Origin: Octopus vulgaris
Taxonomy: Eukaryota
Reading direction: 5' to 3'
NCBI GenBank assembly: GCA_951406725.2
Contig: OX597815.1
Span: 39,866,001-39,930,000 of the forward strand
Length of the DNA stretch: 64,000 nucleotides
Under the pieces are notes generated by a model. The model searched no databases. It saw nothing but the letters and a program-made list of their open reading frames with translations, and was not told where the DNA came from. Positions 1 to 12,422 of the stretch are shown here, one piece after another. Within the stretch, counting starts at the first letter, position 1. Each line of letters starts with the position of its first letter. The position numbers were made by a program, and so were the translations under genes.

Positions 1-679
1 CAGAGCTTCTGACAGCGTCGACGGCCTTCGACTTTTTATACTGGTATCTGGCATATCCTAAAATGCTTGTGACTAGTTTTTAAAGTCAGCCGAGCATTTG
101 GTAAGCCCTACACTGACCGCTGGGTCCCCAGTATGGTATTTACCAAAAGTTTTCAAGGTGTTTGGTATTTGTCTCTTGTCTCAAGTCCAGTCAACATATT
201 AACTGGTTGATTATCCTCTACATGAAATTATTGAGCGGGTAACTGTTGCTCTTTTGCGCCATGTATAACCGAGTTCCACAATGGGTGTAGGCAGTTCTTG
301 TATCTTGCAGATATTCTGCTTAGGTTCCATTTGTTATCTTGCGAGATGATGGGACGGTACTACTGGCTATAGGGTATTCAAGATCTTGGTCATCAACTTT
401 CGAATCACTGGTTTCCTAGTCGGTTTCTTCGTGAACTTCATTTTTGTTTGCTCGTAGTACTGAAGACAGAGCGATCTCATTCACCGCTGTCTGATTGTTG
501 AGTGACATAGAAGAGATCGACATTCCTCCTTTGCCTGAGAAACAGTCGCAGACAACAGTATTAAATGGAAACAGTAATGTGGGGATAAACATGCGAAAGC
601 AAACGTTTCATAAGACCAAGGATGATGAAAATTTGTGTTTACAGACGACGAATTAAGAGTTCGTATATTTTTTTAAGAA

Positions 680-1030
680 GCTGAAGCTTCTTGATTCACG
701 TTGTCATTTATTCAAACATTTCAGGAGAAGCAGCGTAACAATATATGAACAAAAGTATTAGTAAATGTATTGAAATATGATTAGTCAATAAGGTTTGATT
801 AGTTGCAAAAAAAGAATTTTACAAAGTGCTTAAAACAAATGACATGAATGTGAAACATTTTCTAACGTTTTTCTTTTTTTTTTTAACTAATCAAATCTCG
901 ATGACTAGTTATATTTTCATCGTATTTCGATGCGTATACCAATATTTTTGCTTATATATTATTATATTGCCTCTCTTGTTCATTCCTTTGAATAACTAAC
1001 AACTTCAAACCCAGTTATGATTCAAGACGT
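680..1030. mobile_element. Degenerate foldback/MITE-like inverted repeat
   Basis: Left arm ...aacaaaagtattagtaaatgtattgaaatatg...tttgattagtt pairs imperfectly with right arm aactaatcaaa...tatttcgatgcgtataccaatatttttg. Confidence 0.45.
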
Positions 1031-1161
1031 ATCGGCTTTTCTCAGACTCGTATTTTTGAAGCATTGAAACATTTGAAATCAAGTGGGTCAAACGCAAATG
1101 CAGTTATATATAGCTTATTTAATGGACAAAAACCCTTAATAAGAATATTGATAAAATCATG

Positions 1162-1212
<51 letters not shown>

Positions 1213-1439
1213 GTATGCATATACATATATGAATAACTGGTTCATGAGCATCTGGCGGTGCAGATGTATCTCGTCGAGTGATAAATAAATACAACACGTT
1301 AAAATAACTGTTCCGCAATGTAACTTCCCGTTTCGTAGAGAGAAAAGCAGCCAGCCGGAGGAAATATCTTCATTTATATATAGAAGATAAAAAATTAAAT
1401 TCCAGATGGAAAAAAGAGAAACAAACACACAATCTAGCG

Positions 1440-2660
1440 AGACAAGTATTAAAAATAACCGTTAACAAATATGGATGTATAAGCTAAATGATCATATTAA
1501 GTACATTAATGTAGCATCCAACCATCCACCCTCGATTATACGCGAACTAGTTAAAAATCTTTAGATTATCTGCTAATAATAAAATTTTCGAATCACATGC
1601 AACTTATTATAATGCTGCTCTAATTAGAGCTGGGTACCGTGAAAAAATTCAATATATACAAGAAGCTGGCATGCACAATATTGGTAATTCCTCCAACTGT
1701 GATACCCATTGTATACCACCACAACGTCACAGTTTGAGAACTCACTCAAGTAAAGAACACAGACCAGGACGGCTGGATTGTAAAAATTAATTTAAATGTC
1801 TGTGTTATGAGCGTGAGCGTTAATTATTCAATCTTACATCGATTACAATTCAATACAACAATTCTTTTATCTATTTAAATTACTCGGTATAAAAAGAATT
1901 AATTGTTTAAATTAACTAATAATAATTTTCAATATTTATTTATTATTTTCTCGTAGGGATAATTATGTAGTAGATATGAATAGAAACCTAATGAAAATTT
2001 CCCTCTTTGTTTACTTAATCTATCGCAGAAAGAATTCCGTAATTATATTTTAGGCTACAGCAATGGAAATGGAATTTACTCATTTTTTGTGGGTAACCAG
2101 ATTTGAATTTACTTTAAAAAATGATTATTATTCGCACACCATGGAAGGGAGAATTTAGTGAATCGACAGAAAACATCGATACAAACCAACTAATTTAAAT
2201 AAATAAAAGAGTTGTGGTATTGAAGATGTAATTGTTTATATATTTTTTGTTGTAGTTAGACGTAGGAGAAGACTTAGATACTTACTTATATGCATTTATA
2301 TACACACATATTATTATTATTGTATGTTGTGATGACAAGAGACTATCTTCGATATAGGGTTTCAATTGGTATATGTTTGAGATATAATGAAGTGAATTTC
2401 GATGGTTGTAGATAGTACTTACTTGATTGTATCGTTAAAATGTTTTTGTTGTTTTTTAATTGTAATTGATGTAAGATTGAATAATTAACACTCACGCTCA
2501 TAACACAGATGTTTAAATTAATTTTTACAATCCAGCCGTTCTTTCCAGGCGGGGATTTCGTCTTCCTGAACCGATTGATCCTGAAATGACCTATATATAA
2601 TTGAACTGTGATTATGTATATCAGAAAAAATATAAGTTGAAACAATTTGTTGGTCTTTTA
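1440..2660 (+). mobile_element. Penelope-like element fragment with an inverted duplicated segment
   Basis: 1510-1660 translates SNHPPSIIRELVK...RLSANNKIFESHATYYNAALIRAGYREKIQY, resembling the C-terminal RT region of Penelope-like elements. 1770-1860 is repeated in inverted orientation at 2447-2540. Confidence 0.55.
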
Positions 2661-2770
2661 CGGTTTTTATTAATTATTCATATAATATTATGTTATGTTA
2701 TATATTATATTTATAAAAATAGGAACGTGATCCTATTCTTAATAATATAATTTACTGACTATATATTACA

Positions 2771-5700
2771 TGCAGCGGCAATACACATAAGTTTGGAATG
2801 ACAACAAGATTTCTTTTTAAGATATATACATTATTTATTTTACATATTTTACAATCATGTGGATTCTAAGAGTTCGTAAGCGTTAGCATGTTTTTGTGTC
2901 TGTGTGTTCGTTAGGCGTAAAAAGGTACTGACCAGTGAAATGACGATGGGATCTGATTCACAGTTCATGTTGTTGGTATCGGCCTGGCAACAAGTAATAA
3001 CAGATGGCTTAAGGTAGTTCTTAGAAGAAACTAGAACCCAAGAACAGATAATTGATTTACCGTTTATGAGGTACACTGTAAGAGTTCTATATCAAGGTAT
3101 TGCGTGTCGCAGTTGAGATTAATTGAATCACTCGTTGTGTTTATCTTTCTCTTGATATGAATATACTTCCAGACATGTTTCTGTAGCCGTTTTCTTCGTG
3201 GCGAGAATTTCACCTAACCGCTATAGTTGAATCTGTAGTTGTCTCGTGTACAATTTAAATCTCCGATGTTTGTCGATTGGTTCTTGCTGCTTCTTCATTA
3301 TATGTTCTGCTTGGTTATTTTTCTCTAGTTATAGATATCCTGTAACCGTTTTCTTCATGGTGATATTTCACACTAACAGTATGAGAGGTATCTGTAACAT
3401 CTTGTATTAATGGTGGTCGCCTGCCTCGAAACTGGAACTTGGTCGATTATGCTCTGTGTGGTCAGAGACTTAGCTCTTAAAAGAACTTGTAACGAACTTA
3501 GTGTGAGTGAATATCTTCTCTTGTCTGGTCAAAGATGGCGGCGAACAATGGAGACGATGTTGGTCTGCAACAATTTGGTTAAAGGTCTTTTGGTAAGGTG
3601 CTGCTAGAATCAAGTTCGAACGGAGAAAAAATATACGTGACCGTCGCCTTCAGTCGCTGCTGTCTCAAGTTGCTGCTTGCTGGACGCTGGTGGTCAACGT
3701 CTCTACGACCCCCTTGCCTCGCTAACTGCCACGTAGGCAAAAGGGTTCTTCCGGTGGTTCGCGCATGCGCGAGAGGGCCCTTCCTTTCTGTGCCTTGGTG
3801 AAGGCACCAACACTCGCACGCGCGAAATAGAAAATGGACGGTGCGCGCGCGCACCGTTATAGGATCACTACAAGGCTCCCCTCCAGTGCGTACGCACGAA
3901 GGAAACTTATTGTAGTGACTGCAAAACTCAAGGTGGACACCAGACAACCAAATAGCACACAATATAATAAAATGGCAAAATTTATAACATACACAAGAAA
4001 TTTACTAAAGGAAAAAGAGAAAAATACTCAATGAGCAAAAATCAAGAGTGCATGCATGAAAGTGTATACGTCACAAAGTATAAACCCTTCCGCTGAAAGG
4101 AGCGGAGGGAAAGCAAAACTCACATCAATGAACCTAGGCGAAATTAAATCCAACTCCTCTAAAGGTGGTTGATCCTGCAAAATAGCAGTTAAATCAATTG
4201 CTGCAGGAGAAGAAATGGAATTGACAGAAGCTCGCTAGTAACACAAAAGGCAAAAGTGCAAACATGCTGGTGTGATGCGCGACACAGATAATTTTCTGTT
4301 AATTACGTGACCAACAGTGGTCTAACAGGGAAAAATAATTACGCCTAAACATGGCGCAGCGCATGTGAACATCCGACGTTCTATGAGTCGGGAAAAGAAT
4401 TAAGCCAACGCAAACGTGTTGCAAAAAACAAGGCAATACACGTGCGAAGCAAAGGCGCATGAAATGCAATAGTGCTTGCCAGACCGAAAAACAGCAATGA
4501 ATATGCCAGTGGTTGAGCGATTATATGCCTCGTTCGTACAGGAACAAAGGTATGGCATGCCGGCGCGTTATAATGGACAAACAACCCTCTCTATGTATAC
4601 GTGACCCCTAGGGTCTATAGAAATGAGGTGTGTCCACAAAAGGCATATTTAGCATGGAAAAAACAAGCGAGAAAAGCATGTGTGACGTATGTATGTGAGA
4701 GAGATAGCATTTATGTGTGTGTACGTGTGTGCGACAAAAATACATACAAGGTGAAATGCGAGCAAAAATAAAAATACAGCGCATAGAAAAAATGTCTCTC
4801 AAGGCCATTCCAGACAATGGAGTTAGTTTACCAGTCTGTAATAGCCTGATGCACAATAGCAGTTCGTTCTGTAACAGAATGTTGAAATCACAAATGCAGA
4901 TGCCGATTGAACACAATGTGTAGCGGTTGTAGCTTCGATGCTGTGACATGTTAAATCGTTACAGAAGAATCTCGCAGATAGACGGTGCTGTTAATCCTTG
5001 GTGTGCATATGCACATACAGCGTGCACGCTAAAGTTCCGCGAGTTGCTATGTACATCTTGGTCGACGGTGTTGAAAGGCGACGGTGGTGGTGGCGACTGT
5101 AGTGGACTTGAGACAACATCGTTCTTAGTGATGATGGCGACGAAGATAACGACGACGTGAAGTAGAAAGACGACGATGGCGATGACGAAGGTGGAGAAAA
5201 GGCATCGTTGATATGATGGCGTTCGTCATCATGGCTGTAGAATAAGAAAGAGGCTCCTTCTACAACTGTTTGTGGTGGCCGGAAACAAATCGTCGAAAGA
5301 TGATGACTGCGTAGAGTTAAATCGTGTTCCGACTTCGCAGAAAAACTGGATTTTTTTGTTGTTCAGTGATCTCTGGTTTTAGACCAGAATCACGTCGGGG
5401 TCACCAGTGAAACGAACTTAGTGTGAATATAGCTTCTCTTGTACTTTCGGGGTACAAGAGGCAATCACTATTCGTTGCTTTAATAATCCAGAATTCTACC
5501 CGTCAGAAACAACAAGACGCAGACGTAAATAATATATATACTACTTTATTCTCTAATGTGGTAACAGTAACAATAAGTGGTTATCTGGTATCCCTTTGGT
5601 ATAAATGTGTCGTGCTGAACCTTATCTCTGTAAAATAAGAAAGTGTTCAAATGCAAAACGACACTGGTCAAAGATGGCGGCGAACAATGGAGACGATGTT

Positions 5701-6367
5701 GGTCTGCAACAATTTGGTTAAAGGCCTTTTGGTAAGGTGCTGCTAGAATCAAGTTCGAACGGAGAAAAAATATACGTGACCGTCGCCTTCAGTCGCTGCT
5801 GTCTCAAGTCGCTGCTTGCTGGACGCTGGTGGTCAACGTCTCTACGCCCCCTTGCCTCGCTAACTTCCACGTAGGCAAAAGGGTTCTTCCGGTGGTTCGC
5901 GCATGCGCGAGAGGGCCCTTCCTTTCTGTGCCTTGGTGAAGGCACCAACACTCGCACGCGCGAAATAGAAAATGGACGGTGCGCGCGCGCGCACCGTTAT
6001 AGGATCGCTACAAACTAAAAGCCTAAGACGAGCTGTGTGGTCAGAGGTTCGCCCTGAGAAGGACTGGAAACCTAAGACGAATATTTTTCTGAGAAACCTT
6101 GTTTTTAAGCTTCACCAGGCTCCCAGTGAACTTCAGAAATGGAAAGCTGTGATTGGCTGCTTGGACTATGGCGCGAAAATAAGTCGAGACATTTTGCGCC
6201 AAGTTATAACCAGCGGTGCGAGCGTAGTAGAGACCAACGTGTCAGCCAATCGAATTAGTGTTTACAACAATGTTGAACTAGCCAAAGCTGTTTGTAATCT
6301 CGACCGAGGTCATTCTTAATACTCTTCTCAAACAGTGAAGATAGCAATAAGAGACGAGATTGCTACA
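2771..6367 (-). mobile_element. Older ~1-kb repeat (solo-LTR-like) interrupted by the LTR element
   Basis: Segments ~3420-3487 and ~6280-6367 are reverse-complement homologues of ~9324-9490. Both copies begin TGTAGCAAT and end ...CTGCA. No TSD seen. Confidence 0.5.
3488..6012 (-). mobile_element. Non-autonomous LTR retrotransposon (Gypsy-like), LTRs 3488-3872 and 5408-6012
   Basis: Two near-identical TG...CA LTRs. 4-bp TSD AACT (3484-3487 and 6013-6016). PBS TGGTGACCCCGACGTGAT on the minus strand (5389-5406), complementary to the tRNA-Trp 3' end. PPT GGAGGGGAGCCT (3873-3884). The 1.5-kb interior has no intact ORF. Confidence 0.9.
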
Positions 6368-6464
6368 TATTCATAGTATTTAATGTAATATTGTAATATA
6401 AATACAGGTACTACTCATTGTTGCTAGCTGAGTGGACTGGTGCAATGTGAAATAAAGCGTCTTG

Positions 6465-6508
<44 letters not shown>

Positions 6509-6641
6509 ATACTGCTAGTGAAGTACCCAACAAGGTATTTATATGTATAAGAGTGTGAGTATATGCACTCATATGTATATGTATATGATGTATTATGGGT
6601 ATGTACCCGCACCCATATGGGTATATATATACACTGATTTA

Positions 6642-7173
6642 TCTATATATATAAAACTGTAGTTATGTGAGTGTCTGTCCCCTTCGATTTAGATTCCTAA
6701 CTACTCCCACATTTTGCGGTACAGTTTAACTAAAACCGGGTATCTTATAGTCGTGATTCATATCAAGCCCGTCTGGCTATTAGCGCGCGTCTACGATGAG
6801 TCTACGATTTTAAAAATAATTTAACATCATTTTTTATTCCATTTTAATGCATATTTTTTCGTGTGTCGATGGCGGCGGAGTTGGCGTCCACGCTCACGCC
6901 TGCACCTGTGAAGCTGTGGGGAAGGGAGTGTAAATCAACGTCGTAAAGCGTTGTCAAGGAGACCAGCGTTCTTTTAGAACAACGACTTCATGGCTTGAAG
7001 ACACCAAAACAGAAAATGTCTACGATGAGTCAACGATTTAAAAAAAAAATTACAATAATTTTTTTTTCCATTTTTAATGCATTTGTTTTGCTATTTTTTG
7101 GCTATAACTCTCTAAAAATGCTTATATAGTTATTTCCCTTACAAATCCGAGCAACGCCGGGCGATACTGCTAG
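6642..7173 (+). mobile_element. Non-autonomous Helitron, copy 1
   Basis: A|TCTATATATATAAAAC...subterminal GC hairpin (ccgagcaacgccggg)...CTAG|T, no TSD. Confidence 0.85.
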
Positions 7174-7182
7174 TATCATATA

Positions 7183-7309
7183 ATCTCCGAAGAGGCCTTA
7201 TGATATTTTTGTAAATGTCTCATTTATAACTACATATTGACCTACCATAAAAGGCTAATATGAGTAAAATGAGACATACTTATCTGCATGGCCGAAACAG
7301 CTGTAAGAT
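7183..7309 (+). ncRNA. Hammerhead-ribozyme-like motif (type I, long stem II, U4C core variant)
   Basis: atct-CCGAAGA-ggcc...ggcc-GAAA-cagctg-TA-agat. Palindromic stem III ACAGCTGT, as in Penelope-associated minimal hammerheads. Confidence 0.55.
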
Positions 7310-7561
7310 GTAATCTATATTTATATTTATATTTACTTATATTTATATTCTCTTATATATATTCTACTTATTGTATAACATTACTCTTTTATGTACACTT
7401 TTTTACGTATACTCCTTTATGTACACTGTTTTGCTCTACTTTTTTATGTTTAACCTTACAGTTTCTTATGTGGTGGTTAAATAAAGTATGTGATTGAGTT
7501 TTGTCTGGTAATTGATATTTGATTTAGATGTATTTCTCCATTTTCTTATTTTGTATATATA

Positions 7562-8092
7562 TCTATATATATAAAACTGTAGTTGTGTGAGTGTCTGTCC
7601 CCTTCGATTTAGATTCCTAACTACTCCCACATTTTGCGGTGCAGTTTAACCAAATTCGGGTATCTTATAGTCGTGATTCATATCAAGCCCGTCTGAGTAT
7701 TAGTGCGCGTCTACGATGAGTCTACGATTTTAAAAATAATTTAACATCATTTTTTATTCCATTTTAATGCATAATTTTTCGTGTGTCGATGGCGGCGGAG
7801 TTGGCGTCCACGGTCACACCTGCACCTGTTTGCTTCTCCCCCTTCTTCCCTCCCTCGTGAAGCTGTGGGGAAGGGAGTGTAAGGAAATCAACGTCGTAAA
7901 GCGTTGTCAAGGAGACCAGCGTTCTTTTAGAACAACGACTTCATGGCTTGAAGACACCAAAACAGAAATGGCTAAGAAAGCCCGAATTGGCTAAGAAAGC
8001 CCGAATTGGCATCTATAAGGGAAGTAACTCTCTAAAAATGCTTATATAGTTATTTCCCTTACAAACCCGAGCAACGCCGGGCGATACTGCTA

Positions 8093-8093
<1 letters not shown>
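7562..8093 (+). mobile_element. Non-autonomous Helitron, copy 2
   Basis: Same 5' TC and 3' cccgagcaacgccggg...CTAG|T ends as copy 1; first ~270 bp nearly identical. Confidence 0.85.
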
Positions 8094-8141
<48 letters not shown>

Positions 8142-8599
8142 CATACATATATACACATATATATATACACACATATATACATATATATACATACATACAA
8201 ACACACACACACATATTACAAATGCTGCTGGATAATTTAGAAAATTTTAAACTGTTTCATTAAGCATTATGAGACAAATACAAAAATAAAAGGACGACTC
8301 CAGCTCGTGTCGAATGATTTAAGAAGTAAATCTTACACGATAGAGCATATTCAACCGCTTCAAACATAAAGTGTTACTCACAGAAAAGCATATATATATA
8401 CATGTATAAATAGTTGCGATATAATTGTCAGGTAGCCGAACCGTTGAAAGCGCTCTAATCGGTACACTTCTAGACATACACACACATATACACACAGAAA
8501 CACGTATTGAATTCTATATATTGACTAACAAAAGAATCCTGTCTGCTACTGTGTGTGCGTGTGTGTAAAATAGCTCTTTCACAAATTTCTGATCATCTT

Positions 8600-8638
8600 A
8601 ACGTCTTTCTCTTTTCCCTGTCATTTTTTTAGGTAAGT
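8600..8638 (+). promoter_or_regulatory. Juxtaposed 3'/5' splice site (AG|GTAAGT); candidate recursive splice site or 5'UTR exon donor
   Basis: ctttctcttttccctgtcatttttttAG|GTAAGT: a long pyrimidine tract and AG (8631-8632) directly followed by a perfect donor. Confidence 0.45.
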
Positions 8639-8998
8639 TGATTGGCTGCTTTCATACCTTTCCCAAGGATATCAGCGATGTATTACAAGTCATGTTTGTA
8701 TTAGCTTTAACTAAAACTTATCTATTTTTATTTTTACTGGTTTCACCTGTCAATGACAGTAGTAGCTGTTTGCATTGTAAATTAAAGAATTCAGTTGTGA
8801 TTCTCTTTGGAACTATTCTCTTGCGTAAATAGATGACTTTTAGAAAGATATAAATATCATTGCCTATTTTGCAGAGTGTCGACACGAGGGTCATAGAGCA
8901 GTAAACTGGCTGAGATGCAATAGCGTTTCAATTCGGCAAAATACATGATATCGACAATACACCATTGCAAATCAGATACGTAGGATGGAGATCCAAGT

Positions 8999-9198
8999 TG
9001 CTGAAAAGTTCCTGGCTTTAAGGATGTCACGAAAGGCCTGGTTGGAGGCCCAACCTTCCGAGTTTTTTTACAGGGCTTAGAAAACCTGAAAGACCGTTGC
9101 AATAAGCGTGTGAATTTCAGAGGGGATACGTTGGGCAAAATCATAATAAACTGATTTTCCTGTATTTTCTTTTACTCAAAACCAGGAACTTTTCAGCA
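8999..9198 (+). mobile_element. Mariner-derived MITE
   Basis: 17-bp perfect inverted repeat tgctgaaaagttcctgg / ccaggaacttttcagca. The interior encodes a mariner C-terminus remnant, GLENLKDRCNKRVNFRGDYVGQ. Confidence 0.75.
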
Positions 9199-9323
9199 CC
9201 ACCACGGAGATGTTTTTTAATATCTAGTTGGAGGTTTCGTGATTCTAAATTTAAAATTTCACCAACAACAATGAACTTTACCGTTCATTGGATACCTATT
9301 TAAACTTAGGTGATCTTTACTAC

Positions 9324-10320
9324 TGTAGCAATATTGTTTTCTTCATTGCTATCTTCACTGTTTGAGAAAAATATTAAGAATGATCTCGTTTGAGATTACA
9401 AACATCTCTTGGCTTAAGACCTTTTAAGGTCTTAGTCGGAGACCACACAGAGCATACGCAACCATGTTCCAGTTCGAAAGGCAGACGACAACCAAGCAAA
9501 ACATAATATGAAGACGCTATAGTAAACCAAGCGACAGACATAACGTCATCACCAACATCGTCTCTATCTACGAAGATTTAACTTGTACACAAGATAACTC
9601 CAGATTCAACTCATGCTGTTAGTGTGAAAATCTAACCACGGAAAAACAGTTGCAGTATATATATCTGAATGAATATCTATATCAAGAGAAAAATAAGCAC
9701 AACAAGTGACTCAACTAAACCTCTGACCACAGAGCTACTCAACATGTTCCAGTCACAGCGACAGACGATCACCCACGACGACGCTAATGTACACTCACCA
9801 CAGAAAGCCTTCTATCTCCGCCGCCGTCGTTACCATCATTGTACAAACTTCAAGTCGCCATCACCATCGTCCACTTCAAACATGTACACACGAACTTCAC
9901 AGAATCACGCTGTTAGAGTGAATCCCTTCACCATGTAGAAACAGCCCATCTGAAGAATTCTATATTAAGAGAACCCGCTCGCCGATTGAGACCACGACCG
10001 CGGCTCGACAATAATTCGCCCAACCGGCCTCCGCCCGAGACACAAAATCTTGATATTGAACTCTTACATATCTAGTACCTTATGAACTGTAAACCAATTT
10101 CCATCATTAACTCTATGCTCTGTACCTACTATGTCACACGCTTTCACCCTTATTGTATCTGTCACACACACAAACACGTGTTGCATGCACACACACACAC
10201 ACACACACTTGCTAGCACTCACAACCTTCTAACATTAATACCATTGTAAATAAAATCTTATCTTCTCTCAAACAATGGAACGGCTTGTCGTCAATTCATC
10301 TATATTCTGTTGGCACTGCA
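9324..10320 (+). mobile_element. Second copy of the ~1-kb solo-LTR-like repeat
   Basis: Starts TGTAGCAAT and ends GGCACTGCA. Shares cactgtttgagaa...aagaatga...gagattacaaaca and gaccacacagagcat...gttccagt blocks with the 2771-6367 copy. AATAAA near the 3' end. Confidence 0.5.
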
Positions 10321-11193
10321 TTGTATAAATTGTATTTATGGCTTATCTTATTTCGTTAGGAAATACGACCGTGGTCGTATTTCCTACACCACTGAAGATT
10401 AAGTTTTTTGGCCATACACACAACTCAATGCTGTTGACACGACTCAAATTGACAAGGTTTCAGCGTGTTATCAAGCAACTGTACGCGTTATCATGTTTTT
10501 CTGATATAAATAAATCGAGAAAATATATCATAAACATTTTCCTTCGGGAAAAGTGCCTTATGCCGAAGAAAGAAATCTTAATTATCTTTTAACGTAATTT
10601 CAATCAGCGTGTTTTGATATTCGCTTGTATCTATTTATCATAAGAGCAATTCAAGAGAAGTCTTATCTGAACAGCTGTTAATTGCCCAGCCTTGTACATA
10701 GGGTGTAACTACTGCAATGAGATTACTTTGTAGTTAACAATAATAATTTATTGAAATTAACAACCTCTGTTGTGGTAAGTTGTTTCAAGTTTACTTCACT
10801 AATCTTTGCTGTTAATCACAATTATAATTATTAAAATTATTTATTAATTATTAAGCTAGGTCAGTTCAAACAAATTCGTATTTATTGAATATAAATATAA
10901 ATAGATAAGTTAAAAATTAAAAGCTCTTACCTAGGAAGTAATTTCGAGTTCTACACAGAAGCCTTGTTTGTTTTTGTGTTTCCGTATGATCCGTGTCAAT
11001 GGTTCTGAAATAGTGGGCCGCAGGTTTGTAAAAATATAAGTTTGTAAAAAAAATTCATGCGAACACTTAATCATCTTGAAAAAGTATCATTCGTAATTAT
11101 TCTATACACATATACTAATGAAATAAATTAAAAAGTACTTTTCCATACTTATTCCTTTTTTTAAAAAAGAAAAAAAGCCTTGTATTTATTTTT

Positions 11194-11791
11194 GGAAAGA
11201 CTTTCGGCCGTCCCCGCCATTTTCTCCCAAATTTGTTTATTAAAAAAATTTTTTTTTGCCCAAAACCCCCGTTTTCGGATACGGCGGTTCTGGAAAATTT
11301 CCATAAATCGGCATTGTTATATTTTTCTCACTTCCCCACCCAAATTCTTCAATTTTGACTTTTTTCCCTAACTCTAACCCTAAGACCCTAACCCTAACCC
11401 TAAAACCCTAACCCTAACCCTAAAACACTAACCCTAACCGTAACTACAGAAATATTTTGAAATTTTTGTCCAAATCACAATGTCCGTATTTTTCCGCATA
11501 TCTAGGAAAAAGAAAAGTCTTAAAAGAAAATTTTAGAAATATTTCTGGAAATTCTTTTCAGAATCATAATCTCCGTATTTTTCCGCATATTTTGAAAAAA
11601 AATTCTGAAAAAAATTTCTTTAAATGAAGGAAATTGGGGTAGGGGTGGAGTGGGGTAATTTAAAAATGCCGTTTTTGGCCAATTTTTTTGCAGATTCGTA
11701 TTCCCCTTAGCCGAAAAGAGGGCGGGGTTTGTGTCGAAAAAATTTCCTTAAAAAAGGTGGTTTTTGGTTGGGGACGAGCGGAAGTCTTGCC
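11194..11791. mobile_element. TIR element (MULE-like) with internal (CCCTAA)n repeats
   Basis: TIR ggaaagactttcggccgtcccc vs ggggacgagcggaagtcttgcc. Flanks ttattttt / ttgttttt (7/8 TSD). CCCTAA-type tract at ~11366-11443. Confidence 0.65.
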
Positions 11792-11918
11792 TTGTTTTTT
11801 TTTATGCTTCCGTAAGAAGTGCGCCACGAAGTCAAAACTTTCGAGAACCATCGAGCTACGTTCTCCATTACATTTATTATATTTCAATGTACTCACAGCT
11901 TTTAAAATTTTCTCGCAT

Positions 11919-12150
11919 TAAGGCAGTGAGCTGGCAGAGTCGTTAGCACGCCGGGCAAAATGTTTAGCGATATTTCATTCGTTTTTACGTTCTGAGTTCA
12001 AATTCCACCGGAGTCAAATTTGCCTTTCATCCTTTCGGAGTCAATGAAATAAGTACCGGTTGAGCACTGGGGTCGATATAATCGACTAACCCCCCCCCCC
12101 CCCCAAAAAAAAAAAAATTGCAAGTTTTGTGCCAAAATTTGAAGCCAATA
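11919..12150 (+). mobile_element. tRNA-derived SINE (family A)
   Basis: ggcagtgagctggcagagtcgttagcacgccggg...gttcaaattcc...gcctttcatcctttcgg core; many copies in the window. Confidence 0.85.
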
Positions 12151-12192
12151 TTTTCTGGCATATAAATGTTTAGTGTCTTTGAAATATATATA

Positions 12193-12422
12193 TAGGGTTG
12201 GCTAAAAGTTACCTGAGAGTATATACAAACCATTTAATTCCAATATTTATTTATGTTTAACAACTGAATGAATTTAATAAAAGCATCTAAATGTGAAACA
12301 TCATGAAAATTGTTCAAACTGAAGTCCTTGAGCGACACATTTTCCCACTCGAGTCAATACAGATCTACAGGTAGTATTTATGGAATTTTGATTTACTATC
12401 GAGTGGCTTTTGATCAACCCTG
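12193..12422. mobile_element. Small Tc1/mariner-like MITE
   Basis: Imperfect TIR agggttggctaaaagttac / gtggcttttgatcaaccct near TA dinucleotides. Confidence 0.5.

Noticed and set aside
1-600. Possible LINE endonuclease remnant on the minus strand
   Set aside because: Only a QET-like motif in broken frames, which is insufficient by eye.
5387-5406. tRNA-Trp gene
   Set aside because: Only the 3' 18-20 nt including CCA match, directly beside an LTR, so it is a primer-binding site.
11366-11443. Telomere or chromosome-fusion relic
   Set aside because: Short, degenerate and enclosed within a TIR element.
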